Positions 36,332 through 44,969 of a stretch of 46,305 bases of DNA are shown here, piece after piece (the stretch's first letter is position 1; the number at the start of each line of letters is the position of its first letter). The notes beneath the pieces are model-generated. The model searched no databases and was not told the DNA's origin. It worked only from the letters and a program-made list of their open reading frames with translations. A program made the position numbers and the translations under genes. The stretch is from Gemmatimonadaceae bacterium (GTDB lineage: Bacteria > Gemmatimonadota > Gemmatimonadetes > Gemmatimonadales > Gemmatimonadaceae): positions 1 through 46,305 of the forward strand of contig JAXDME010000278.1 in assembly GCA_034666285.1 (NCBI GenBank). Direction: 5' to 3'.

Positions 36332-38233
36332 CGGCCAACGTACCTCAATCCGGTCGGCGTGGTCCGCGTTAGCGAGGCCGAAATAAAGAGGTAGGTCGCT
36401 CTGGGACAGGTATCCGGATTTTCCGTCGAACGGTTTGAGAATGCGACGCCCGTCGGGCAGAACCACCGTGACCTCGGCGCCGAGCCCTTCGCGATTCGAG
36501 TGGGTGCCGCGAAGACGGATCTTGAGGAAGTTCACGCGATGTCGCTGCGCAAGATCGCTGATGAGCACCTGGGGATATCCGTTGAACTCGTTGGTCACGA
36601 TGTCGAGGTCGCCATCACCGTCCAGATCGAAGGCGACCGCCGAGCGCGTGCCAAGCGAGCCCATCATCGTCAGGTGGTGCGAAGAATCGACGTGACACGC
36701 CGACTCAACCGAGTCCGGTTGAGAACACGCTGTACACAAGGGATTGAACGCGCCCTCTCCGCTGCAATCGAGCGTGAACCAGACCTGCGTGTTCCCTTTT
36801 GCCCGCGGCTCGACACCCAGCACGAATTCGCTCGGCAGGAAGTGGTGGCCACTCTCGTTTAGCAGTACTGAGTTGATGCCGTAACGGAAGGGAAAGTTCA
36901 TCCCGGCGGCGATGAAGATGTCGTCCCATCCATCTGCGTTGAGGTCGTCGACGGTGGGGCCCCACGGCCAGTACGTCTCGACGCCCAAGGAGTCGGAAAT
37001 TTCTTCGAAGCGACCTTGTCCCTGGTTCGCGAACAGCTCGTTTCCGAAGATGAATCTGGCTTTCCCCTCCGGAATCATGCCTGCGGCCACCTTCGAGGAG
37101 TCTGCCTTGCGAGTCTCCGCCGCCCAGTCACCGGGAGGAATGTTGACCCACATGTCGGGGTGCATACTGGTGACGAAGATGTCGAGCTGCCCATCGCCGT
37201 TGAAATCGAAGACCTTTGCGCCCATCGACCCCCAGGGGACTTTCGGAAACGATTTTGCGGTCGCATCGCGAAAATGCTTTCCGCCTTCGTTTAGCCAGAG
37301 GTGGTCGCCACCCTGCATGTCGAGGATATAAAGATCCGGGAACCCGTCGTGATTGATGTCGAGCGTGGTGGCGTCTCCACTCCAGCTCTTGTCCACAAGA
37401 CCGACTTCGCGCGAAACATCCTTGAACCGGTTGCCGCCCAGATTGCGGTAGAGAATGCTCTTCTCGGCGCGGTCGGGGTGTAGATGCCCCATGAACGCGT
37501 CGTCGAGGCCCACGTAGTAGCCGCCTGCTCCTTTCGTGTTGCTGGTGTAGACACCGACGTTGGTGACGAAAAGATCGAGCAGACCGTCGCCGTCATAGTC
37601 GAAGAACACCGCGCCCGAGGAGTGCCCGACATAGCCGACACCCGCGGTCTGTGTTATGTCGCGAAACTTTCCATTGCCAAGGTTCTCGAAGAGATGATTG
37701 CCGTGACGTACTGTCGTGACGAAGAGGTCGGGATCGCCATCGTTGTCGATGTCGGCGAAAGAGCAGGTGACCGCGATCGCGTCCGGCATCGCGAGCCCGG
37801 CCTGGTCGGTGATGTTCGCAAATCGGCCGTTCCCCAGGTTTCGCCACAGCTGGCTGGTGCCTAGCTGGGTGGCGAAGTAGAGATCGGGCAGACCATCGCC
37901 ATCCACGTCGGCGGCGCACACTCCATTTCCGTGGTCATAGTGAACGAGCTTGTACGACTTGCTTGCGTCGTCCACGACATGGTTTTCGAAAGTGATACCG
38001 CTGGCCTGCCTCTGATCCGTGAATCGGAAGTCGTGCAGCGCGCTCGACCGCGCGGCCAGCTCGTTTTCCTGCCGACCGCGCTCGGCCAGCCACGACGGCG
38101 TCGCGGAAGTCGAGGCCACCGCGTGCGCAGAGGAAGAATCCTTGCATGAAGGAAGGAGAGAAAGAGCAGAGGCGGCCCCTAGGAGCCGGAGACGTCGGGA
38201 GGTTGTTGTCGAGACAGCGACGCGGAAACCCAT
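36263..38233 (-). CDS. CRTAC1-like lipoprotein (FG-GAP/VCBS repeats + ASPIC/UnbV domain)
   Basis: Lipobox LLPS-C; repeated DxDGDG..D motifs; C-terminal SNREGLGA.V...GYLSQS...FGL...VRWPSG. Confidence 0.88.
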   Translation of the reverse strand: MGFRVAVSTTTSRRLRLLGAASALSLLPSCKDSSSAHAVASTSATPSWLAERGRQENELAARSSALHDFRFTDQRQASGITFENHVVDDASKSYKLVHYDHGNGVCAADVDGDGLPDLYFATQLGTSQLWRNLGNGRFANITDQAGLAMPDAIAVTCSFADIDNDGDPDLFVTTVRHGNHLFENLGNGKFRDITQTAGVGYVGHSSGAVFFDYDGDGLLDLFVTNVGVYTSNTKGAGGYYVGLDDAFMGHLHPDRAEKSILYRNLGGNRFKDVSREVGLVDKSWSGDATTLDINHDGFPDLYILDMQGGDHLWLNEGGKHFRDATAKSFPKVPWGSMGAKVFDFNGDGQLDIFVTSMHPDMWVNIPPGDWAAETRKADSSKVAAGMIPEGKARFIFGNELFANQGQGRFEEISDSLGVETYWPWGPTVDDLNADGWDDIFIAAGMNFPFRYGINSVLLNESGHHFLPSEFVLGVEPRAKGNTQVWFTLDCSGEGAFNPLCTACSQPDSVESACHVDSSHHLTMMGSLGTRSAVAFDLDGDGDLDIVTNEFNGYPQVLISDLAQRHRVNFLKIRLRGTHSNREGLGAEVTVVLPDGRRILKPFDGKSGYLSQSDLPLYFGLANADHADRIEVRWPSGRRQTVAGPINAGRVIDVVEP

Positions 38234-38369
38234 CGTGCGATTGATACGGACGGGGCATGCGTTACGTCAAGGGCAGCGGCTTGCGGCGTCGCTGCCCAGA
38301 CAAGAGTTTCTACCTACGTCGAGATACATCAAACAGATAAATGGACGGAGAATGCGAGGAATCAAACTC

Positions 38370-39539
38370 ATGGACCGACGCCAATCCTACTGCGTCGCAT
38401 CTGCGGCCTTTGCGCTGCTCGGTCAGACAGCCTGCATGACAATGCCGGGTGGCAGCAACGCGCCGCCTTCCGTCACAAGCGCGCCATTCGGTACTACAGC
38501 TGATGGACGGTCGGCGGAGCTGTTCACGCTCACCAACCCGCACGGTATTCAGATAAAAATCACCAACTACGGCGGGATCATCACGTCGCTGAAAACGCCG
38601 GACCGTTCGGGACGGCTGGATGACATTGTGCTGGGCTACGACAGCCTCGCCGGATATATCCGCAACAGTCCTTACTTCGGTGCAATCGTCGGCAGATACG
38701 GAAACCGAATCGCTCGCGGAATCTTTACGCTCGATGGTACGACTTACCATCTCGCCGTCAACAATGGGCCGAACAGCCTTCACGGCGGAATCCGCGGCTT
38801 CGACAAGGTTGTTTGGACCGCGCATCCGTTTCAGAACGCGGAAGGCACGGGAGTCGCGCTCGATTACACGAGTCCGGACATGGAGGAGGGTTATCCCGGC
38901 ACCCTACGCTCGCACGTCACGTACACGCTCACCAACGATGATCGGTTGATCGTCGACTATACGGCGACGACCGACAAGGCGACGCCGGTCAATCTCACGC
39001 AGCATACCTATTGGAATCTGGCCGGAAGCGCGAGGCGCGACATTCTCGGGCACGAGCTGACGATCAATGCCGACTCCATGACGCCGGTCGACACTACGCT
39101 CATCACGACTGGTGAGATCACTCCGGTCAGCGGAACGCCGTTCGATTTTCGTACTCCAATGCCGATCGGAGCGCGTGTTGATCAGCGCCAGGACGCCCAG
39201 ATCCGCTACGGCAACGGGTACGATCACAACTTCGTTCTCAATCGAGGAGGTGCCGCGGCCGACGTTCTGGTGCACGCGGCGCGCGTGGTAGAGCCGTCGT
39301 CCGGGCGAACGCTGGACATCTCCACAACCGAGCCGGGCCTGCAGTTCTACTCCGGCAACTTTCTGGACGGCACCATCACGGGCAAAGGAGGCGCCGTCTA
39401 TCGCTTCCGGTACGGCATCGCACTCGAGACCCAGCACTACCCCGACTCGCCGAACCACCCGAATTTCCCGTCCACGATTTTGCGACCCGGGCAGCAGTAC
39501 CACACACGCACGGTCTATCAATTCGGAGTGACGCAGTGA
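38370..39539 (+). CDS. galM: Aldose 1-epimerase (mutarotase) with lipoprotein-type signal
   Basis: GRYGNRI, LHGG, NLTQHTYWNL, GYDHNF, QFYSGN, LETQH. Start at ATG 38370 or 38352; GQTA-C lipobox. Confidence 0.92.
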   Translation: MDRRQSYCVASAAFALLGQTACMTMPGGSNAPPSVTSAPFGTTADGRSAELFTLTNPHGIQIKITNYGGIITSLKTPDRSGRLDDIVLGYDSLAGYIRNSPYFGAIVGRYGNRIARGIFTLDGTTYHLAVNNGPNSLHGGIRGFDKVVWTAHPFQNAEGTGVALDYTSPDMEEGYPGTLRSHVTYTLTNDDRLIVDYTATTDKATPVNLTQHTYWNLAGSARRDILGHELTINADSMTPVDTTLITTGEITPVSGTPFDFRTPMPIGARVDQRQDAQIRYGNGYDHNFVLNRGGAAADVLVHAARVVEPSSGRTLDISTTEPGLQFYSGNFLDGTITGKGGAVYRFRYGIALETQHYPDSPNHPNFPSTILRPGQQYHTRTVYQFGVTQ

Positions 39540-40750
39540 TGCATAGGCCTATGAAGGGGGCCCTCTTCGCCGCGCTGGCGTTGACTGGCGCCTTCGGCTG
39601 TGCTCCAACTGTCGCACAGCGAGCTCAATCACAGTCGCCCGGCTACGTTACCGTAGCAGCAAGCACGGGCCCGTTGGAGGCGTTTCAGGGCGGGCGAGCG
39701 GTCTGGACGCGCGAACGTGCGCGTGCCTGGGCCGATTCGACGGGTTGGCTCGTCGGCAGCAATTTCGGACCGAGCACCGCGATCAATCAGCTGGAGATGT
39801 GGCAGGCGGCCACCTTCGATCCGCAGACAATCGACCGCGAGCTCGGTTGGGCACAGTCGCTTGGATTCAACACCATGCGTGTTTTCCTCCACGACCTGTT
39901 GTGGCAGCAGGACTCCGTGGGATTCCTCAATCGCATGGACCAGTTTCTGGCAATTGCCGATCGGCACCACATAAAGCCGATGTTCGTGCTGTTCGATGCG
40001 GTGTGGGATCCGATGCCGCACCTGGGCCCGCAGCGCGCGCCGATCCCGCACATTCACAACTCCGGCTGGGTTCAGAGTCCTGGCGTGGCGGTCCTTTCCG
40101 ACACCGCGCGCTTCGAGCAGCTGCGTGGTTACGTGCAGGGAGTAGTCGGGCGTTTTCGTAACGACAAGCGCGTTGTCGCCTGGGACATTTTCAATGAGCC
40201 TGACAACACGAATCGTCCGGCATATGTCGCGTACGAGCCGCTAGACAAGGCAGCGCGCTCGCTCATTCTGCTGCGCAAGGCGTTCGGCTGGGCTCGTCAG
40301 AGGAATCCATCCCAGCCGCTCACCGCGGCGCCTTGGATGGGCGATTGGATCGATCCGAACAAGCTCTCTCCGCTCACCGCATACATGCTGGACAGCTCGG
40401 ACGTCATCACCTTCCACAGCTACGACGACAGCGCGAAAGTCGAGCGGCTCGTGACAGCGCTGGAGCGATACGGCCGGCCGATCATCTGCTCCGAGTACAT
40501 GGCTCGCCCGCGCGGAAGCACTTTCCAGAACATCATGCCCATTCTCGCTCGACGGCATGTCGGTGCCTACAACTGGGGATTCGTAGCGGGCAAGACGCAG
40601 ACGATCTATCCATGGGACTCATGGTACAGCGAGTACACCGCCGAGCCGAAGGTATGGTTTCACGACATTTTCAGGGGTGACGGGACACCTTATGACGCCG
40701 CCGAGGTCGCGTTCATTCGCTCGGTTACATCCGCCACGGTGAAGAGGTAG
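39536..40750 (+). CDS. Clan GH-A glycoside hydrolase (GH5-like), lipoprotein
   Basis: NTMRVFLH, WDIFNEP (acid/base), ICSEY (nucleophile), NWG; AFG-C lipobox. Start may be ATG 39551. Confidence 0.8.
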   Translation: MMHRPMKGALFAALALTGAFGCAPTVAQRAQSQSPGYVTVAASTGPLEAFQGGRAVWTRERARAWADSTGWLVGSNFGPSTAINQLEMWQAATFDPQTIDRELGWAQSLGFNTMRVFLHDLLWQQDSVGFLNRMDQFLAIADRHHIKPMFVLFDAVWDPMPHLGPQRAPIPHIHNSGWVQSPGVAVLSDTARFEQLRGYVQGVVGRFRNDKRVVAWDIFNEPDNTNRPAYVAYEPLDKAARSLILLRKAFGWARQRNPSQPLTAAPWMGDWIDPNKLSPLTAYMLDSSDVITFHSYDDSAKVERLVTALERYGRPIICSEYMARPRGSTFQNIMPILARRHVGAYNWGFVAGKTQTIYPWDSWYSEYTAEPKVWFHDIFRGDGTPYDAAEVAFIRSVTSATVKR

Positions 40751-40786
40751 GGCGAGAACTTCGCTGCGAGTCGATCCCTCCGAAAC

Positions 40787-41704
40787 TCAATTGGTCGCAG
40801 TTGCCGTACTTCGAGCCCTCGTTATCAACGCAACCGCGCAGATCACGATTGCCGCCGCCACTGCGGTGCGAGCCGAAAGCGCCTCACCGGCAATCGCCCA
40901 GCCAAGCAGCACCGCCACGATCGGATTCACATAGGCATAAGTCCCAAGGCGCGCCGGCGACACTTTGTCGAGCAGCCAGATGTACGACGTGAATCCCAGG
41001 AGCGACCCGAAAGTGATCAGATAAAGGAGCCCAATGGTCGACGCGTGCGACACGTGACGAACCTCGAACCCGGAAAGCTCACCGCTCAGCACTCCGACTA
41101 TCAGAAGCATCGCTCCCCCGCCCAGCATCTCCATCCCCGTCGTGAGAAGACCCGATTCGGGCAGACTCGCATCGCGCGACCAGAATGATCCGATCGCCCA
41201 GCAGAGCGAGCCGAGTATCAACACGATGGCCCCGAGCGGTTTGACATCGCCCTGTCCGCCCACGTTGCCCGGGCCGACAAGGACGATGATGCCGATGAAG
41301 CCCAGCGCCAACCCCATGAGCACCGCACCGCTCGGACGCTTCCTCGGTGGTCTCACCCACTCGATGATCACGAGCCAGAATGGAAGGATCGAGACGAGCA
41401 GAGCTGTAAGTCCCGACGGGACGAATTGCTCTGCCCACACCACCGCGCCGTTCCCGCCAAGGAGGAGAAATCCGCCAGCGATGATCGCGTTGCGCCAATG
41501 GAGTCTGGCGGGCCTAGGCGCGCCGCGATATCGAGCCCAGATGTATAGAAGGGCGCCCGAGATCAGAAAACGCACGCCGCCCATTATGAACGGGGGTATC
41601 GTCTCGACCGCGTAGCGGATCGCGAGATACGTCGAGCCCCAGATGATGTAGATCGAAGCGAACGCAGCTATGATCTGCGCGCGCGAGGCGTGTTTCTGGG
41701 TCAC
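40787..41704 (-). CDS. EamA/DMT transporter (YedA-like)
   Basis: IYIIWGSTYLAIR, YAYVNPIVAVLLG; about 10 TMs. Confidence 0.9.
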   Translation of the reverse strand: MTQKHASRAQIIAAFASIYIIWGSTYLAIRYAVETIPPFIMGGVRFLISGALLYIWARYRGAPRPARLHWRNAIIAGGFLLLGGNGAVVWAEQFVPSGLTALLVSILPFWLVIIEWVRPPRKRPSGAVLMGLALGFIGIIVLVGPGNVGGQGDVKPLGAIVLILGSLCWAIGSFWSRDASLPESGLLTTGMEMLGGGAMLLIVGVLSGELSGFEVRHVSHASTIGLLYLITFGSLLGFTSYIWLLDKVSPARLGTYAYVNPIVAVLLGWAIAGEALSARTAVAAAIVICAVALITRARSTATATN

Positions 41705-41750
41705 TCGGTAAACGAAAGAGGGTCGGCCAGCGGCGGGAATGACGGAGAAT

Positions 41751-42203
41751 CTAATCGAACGATTTTTTCTGCCGCTCGCGCTTCGTGTGCGACCGCCGCT
41801 TCTTTCCTTCTAGGCGCGCCTCCTTCGAAGCTTTCGTGGGCCGCGTTGGCCGCCTTCTCTTGGGAATTAGCAATGCGCGCCGTACGAGATCCGCGAGCTT
41901 TTCTTCCGCCAGCTCCCGATTCCGGCTTTGGCTCCGCATGTCGCTGGCAACGATCCGCACGCTGCCCTCTGTGGTAAGTCGCGAAGCAAGGCGGTCGAGC
42001 AGTCGCGCGCGCTGATCTTCGGTGAGCGCTCGCGATTCGCGAACGTTCCAGAAGATCTCTACACGTGACGAAGTCTTGTTGACGTGCTGGCCGCCGGCGC
42101 CGGAAGAGCGCGATACCCGCACGTCCAGCTCTCCACGGGGAATCGAGAGACTCTCATTGACCTGAAGAAGATTTTCGGAGGCCACTGGAGCAGAGTCGCT
42201 CAT
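41751..42203 (-). CDS. arfB: Alternative ribosome rescue peptidyl-tRNA hydrolase
   Basis: SSGAGGQHVNKTSS, RSQSRNR, basic tail RRPTRPTKASKEARLEGKKRR. ATG 42203 overlaps the upstream TGA. Confidence 0.92.
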   Translation of the reverse strand: MSDSAPVASENLLQVNESLSIPRGELDVRVSRSSGAGGQHVNKTSSRVEIFWNVRESRALTEDQRARLLDRLASRLTTEGSVRIVASDMRSQSRNRELAEEKLADLVRRALLIPKRRRPTRPTKASKEARLEGKKRRSHTKRERQKKSFD

Positions 42204-43321
42204 CAGCGCCAGCGAAACAGCTTGAGCGCGGCAACGAAGCTGACGATGCCCCACGTCAGGATGATGAGCATCTGTGGACTGACCGCGGCGAACGACGCTC
42301 CCTCGAGCATGTTGGCGCGCAGCGCATCATTGAGCGCGGTAAGCGGAAGCAGCCTGATGAATGGCTGTGCCGCAGCTGGGAAGTTCGCCGAAGAGAAGAA
42401 GACGCCGGAGAAGATCCACATCGGCAGCATGATGAAATTCATGATGCCCGATACCGCTTCCGTCGTGCGCGCGCGCGAGGCGGTGAGAAGCCCCAGCCCG
42501 CCAAAAGAGACTGCCCCGAGGACGGCGATCAGAAACAGCGTGGCGAGCGACCCGCGCAACGGAACGCCAAAAGCCCAGTGTCCAAATCCGACCAGAGTCC
42601 CGACCTCCAAAACCAGAAAGACCAGTCTCGAGCACATGAACGAGAGCAGGTATTGCACTCGAGACATCGGCGTCGCCATCAGCCGCTTGAGCAGCTTCTT
42701 GCTGCGCGCCGTAACAATGGCGAATCCCAGACCCCAGATGCTGCTTCCCATGAGATTCATTCCCAGCAGGCCGGGAACGAGAAAGTCTATGTAGCGCGAT
42801 CCTGCTTCCGTGACGTAACTGTCCGACACGCGAATGCGATCGATACGGCCCGCGCCAGACTGCACGGCACGATCGACCAGAACACGCGCGCTCACAGCGT
42901 CGCTGCGCCCGCGGTCGTAGACGTAGCGCACGCTATCCTTCGCCGATCCCGGCAGAACCAGAAGCGCAACTTTCCCGGTACGAAGCGCCAGCGCCGCCGC
43001 ACTGTCGTCATACGTTTTGACCACGAGTGTGGAATCTTTCCTGAGCCATTCAACAACCGTGGCGCTCGCAGACGCGCTTGTAACTACCCCGATCTGAACC
43101 TTGTCAGGCCCGCGCTGTCGGAAGGCTATTCCCAATCCCGCGGCGAGCAGGATCGGAAACACGAACGTCCAGAAAACGGCCTCCGGCTCGCGAATGAACT
43201 CGCGGAATCGCACGAGCGTGAGCTGCACCATCGAGCTCTTCATGAAGCTGCGCCGACGAAAAGATTGTCGTTCCGCCTGGAGCATCTCGTCGGTCGTGGG
43301 AAACGGAACTCGTTTAGTCAT
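42203..43321 (-). CDS. ABC-2 type exporter permease
   Basis: REP..VFWTFVFP, YIDFLVPGL, LKRL.ATP, SGVFF, LPLT. Start at 43321 or 43243. Confidence 0.9.
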   Translation of the reverse strand: MTKRVPFPTTDEMLQAERQSFRRRSFMKSSMVQLTLVRFREFIREPEAVFWTFVFPILLAAGLGIAFRQRGPDKVQIGVVTSASASATVVEWLRKDSTLVVKTYDDSAAALALRTGKVALLVLPGSAKDSVRYVYDRGRSDAVSARVLVDRAVQSGAGRIDRIRVSDSYVTEAGSRYIDFLVPGLLGMNLMGSSIWGLGFAIVTARSKKLLKRLMATPMSRVQYLLSFMCSRLVFLVLEVGTLVGFGHWAFGVPLRGSLATLFLIAVLGAVSFGGLGLLTASRARTTEAVSGIMNFIMLPMWIFSGVFFSSANFPAAAQPFIRLLPLTALNDALRANMLEGASFAAVSPQMLIILTWGIVSFVAALKLFRWR

Positions 43322-44096
43322 CGTGCAGTCCTCTCCCCGTGAGTGACACGAACACGTCTTCCAGAGTCGCCGAAGTCTTCCTCGGCTCCGGTGGAGGAAG
43401 GTTCGAGACATCGACGGCGTCTATCAGCTCGCGAGGCGTGCCCATCGCTATCACTTTCCCGTGATCGACGATCGCCACGCGATCGCACAGGCGCTCCGCC
43501 TCCTCCATGTAGTGTGTGGTGAGAACGATGGTCTTTCCTTCCGCCTGGAATTTTGAGATCAGCTCCCAGAGCTGGCGACGCGACACAGGATCGAGGCCCG
43601 TGGTCGGCTCATCGAGAAAGAGCAGCTGCGGATTGCCGACAAGAGCGCAGGCGATGGCGAGGCGCTGCTTCTGCCCGCCTGAAAGTCCGCCGACGCGAGA
43701 GAACCGCTTCTCGCCAAGCTCGACCTGGTCTATGACTTCGCCGATATCTCGGGCATCCCGATAGAAGCTCTGAAAGAGCGTAAGCGTCTCGTCGACCGTC
43801 AGCTTCTCGGAGAGCTGCGTATCCTGAAGCTGGATTCCGAGCAGCTCTCGCAAATCCTTTTCGTCCGTCTCCCACCGTCTGCCAAGGACTTCGACATCGC
43901 CTGAATCGGGGGACAGAAGTCCCTCGCAGATCTCGATCGTCGTCGTTTTTCCGGCGCCGTTTGGACCGAGCAGGCCGAAGCATTCTCCGGCGTCCACCTG
44001 GAGGTCCAGACCATCGACGGCGACGACATCGCTATAAGCTTTGCGGAGTCCTCGGACGCGCAATGCGGGAGTGGACAGCTCTGCATGTGTCATCAT
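43314..44096 (-). CDS. ABC exporter ATP-binding subunit
   Basis: GPNGAGKT, LSGGQ, LDEPTTGLD, TTHYMEEAE, LEDVF. Confidence 0.95.
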   Translation of the reverse strand: MMTHAELSTPALRVRGLRKAYSDVVAVDGLDLQVDAGECFGLLGPNGAGKTTTIEICEGLLSPDSGDVEVLGRRWETDEKDLRELLGIQLQDTQLSEKLTVDETLTLFQSFYRDARDIGEVIDQVELGEKRFSRVGGLSGGQKQRLAIACALVGNPQLLFLDEPTTGLDPVSRRQLWELISKFQAEGKTIVLTTHYMEEAERLCDRVAIVDHGKVIAMGTPRELIDAVDVSNLPPPEPRKTSATLEDVFVSLTGRGLHDD

Positions 44097-44240
44097 CGAG
44101 GGACGCGGGTATTAAAGGGCGGAATAGAGCTCGGTTTCTCTGAAACTCTCTATAACCCGTTATCGTAAAATGATATAGCATTGGCGCGTCACGGGATCAC
44201 CGAGCCCGCCAATTCTGGTTTGAAGCCAGAGGGAGAAAGT

Positions 44241-44966
44241 ATGTGGTTAAAGGCCGTGTCGGTACTGAGCACAGCTTCCATTTTCGCGTGCGCTTCAGCT
44301 GCCGAAGCGCAGATCATTCCGCCGACTGCGTCGGGCCCATCCCGATTTTCATTCGGAGGTGATGGTGTGATGTCGCAGCCGAAAGGAGAGTTCGCCGCTA
44401 ATGTCGGACGTGGATGGGGCTTCAATCTCAATGGTATGTACAACATCGACTACAAGGGGTTTCTCAGAATTCGCGTCGACGGTGGCACAATCCAATACGC
44501 GAGAGAACGGAAGGATGCGTCGTTCTTCGGAATCACAGGCAGAATTCCTCTCTACCTCGAGACGACGAACAATATCGCCTGGGGCGCCATCGGGCCGCAG
44601 ATCATGATTCCCGAGGGTCCGTTCAGGCCGTACGCGAACGCCGCGATTGCATACACCGACTTCTCCACGACATCCACCCTGAGCGACCCAAATGGACAAT
44701 TCCAGTCCATCTCGAACCAGAACGCGCATGACGGCTCACACGCGTGGATCTTCGGTAGCGGCTTCCAGATTCCGTTCGGCACGGCTGGAGCGTTCAATTT
44801 CGGCGGCAAATACTATTATGGTGGTCGCGCCACGTACCTGACGAAGGGCGACATCACTGACAATCCCGACGGTTCGATCACAATCCATCCGCGCAGCAGC
44901 AAGACGGATATGGTCATCTGGCAGCTCGGAGTCCAGCTAGCCCTCCCAGGAAGTACAGGACACTAG
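44241..44966 (+). CDS. Small outer-membrane beta-barrel protein (OmpA/OMP_b-brl-like)
   Basis: GAGGGAG RBS; signal peptide AEA/Q; about 8 amphipathic strands (RPYANAAIAY, WQLGVQLAL). Confidence 0.65.
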   Translation: MWLKAVSVLSTASIFACASAAEAQIIPPTASGPSRFSFGGDGVMSQPKGEFAANVGRGWGFNLNGMYNIDYKGFLRIRVDGGTIQYARERKDASFFGITGRIPLYLETTNNIAWGAIGPQIMIPEGPFRPYANAAIAYTDFSTTSTLSDPNGQFQSISNQNAHDGSHAWIFGSGFQIPFGTAGAFNFGGKYYYGGRATYLTKGDITDNPDGSITIHPRSSKTDMVIWQLGVQLALPGSTGH

Positions 44967-44969
44967 ATC

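Noticed and set aside
38308-38323. TTCTAC-CTAC-GTCGAG as another operator copy
   Set aside because: Too many mismatches in the right half-site.
44150-44180. AT-rich patch with ATAAC-CC-GTTAT and TAAAAT as a defined promoter/operator
   Set aside because: A plausible divergent promoter, but the repeat is short and there is no properly spaced -35, so it cannot be supported specifically.
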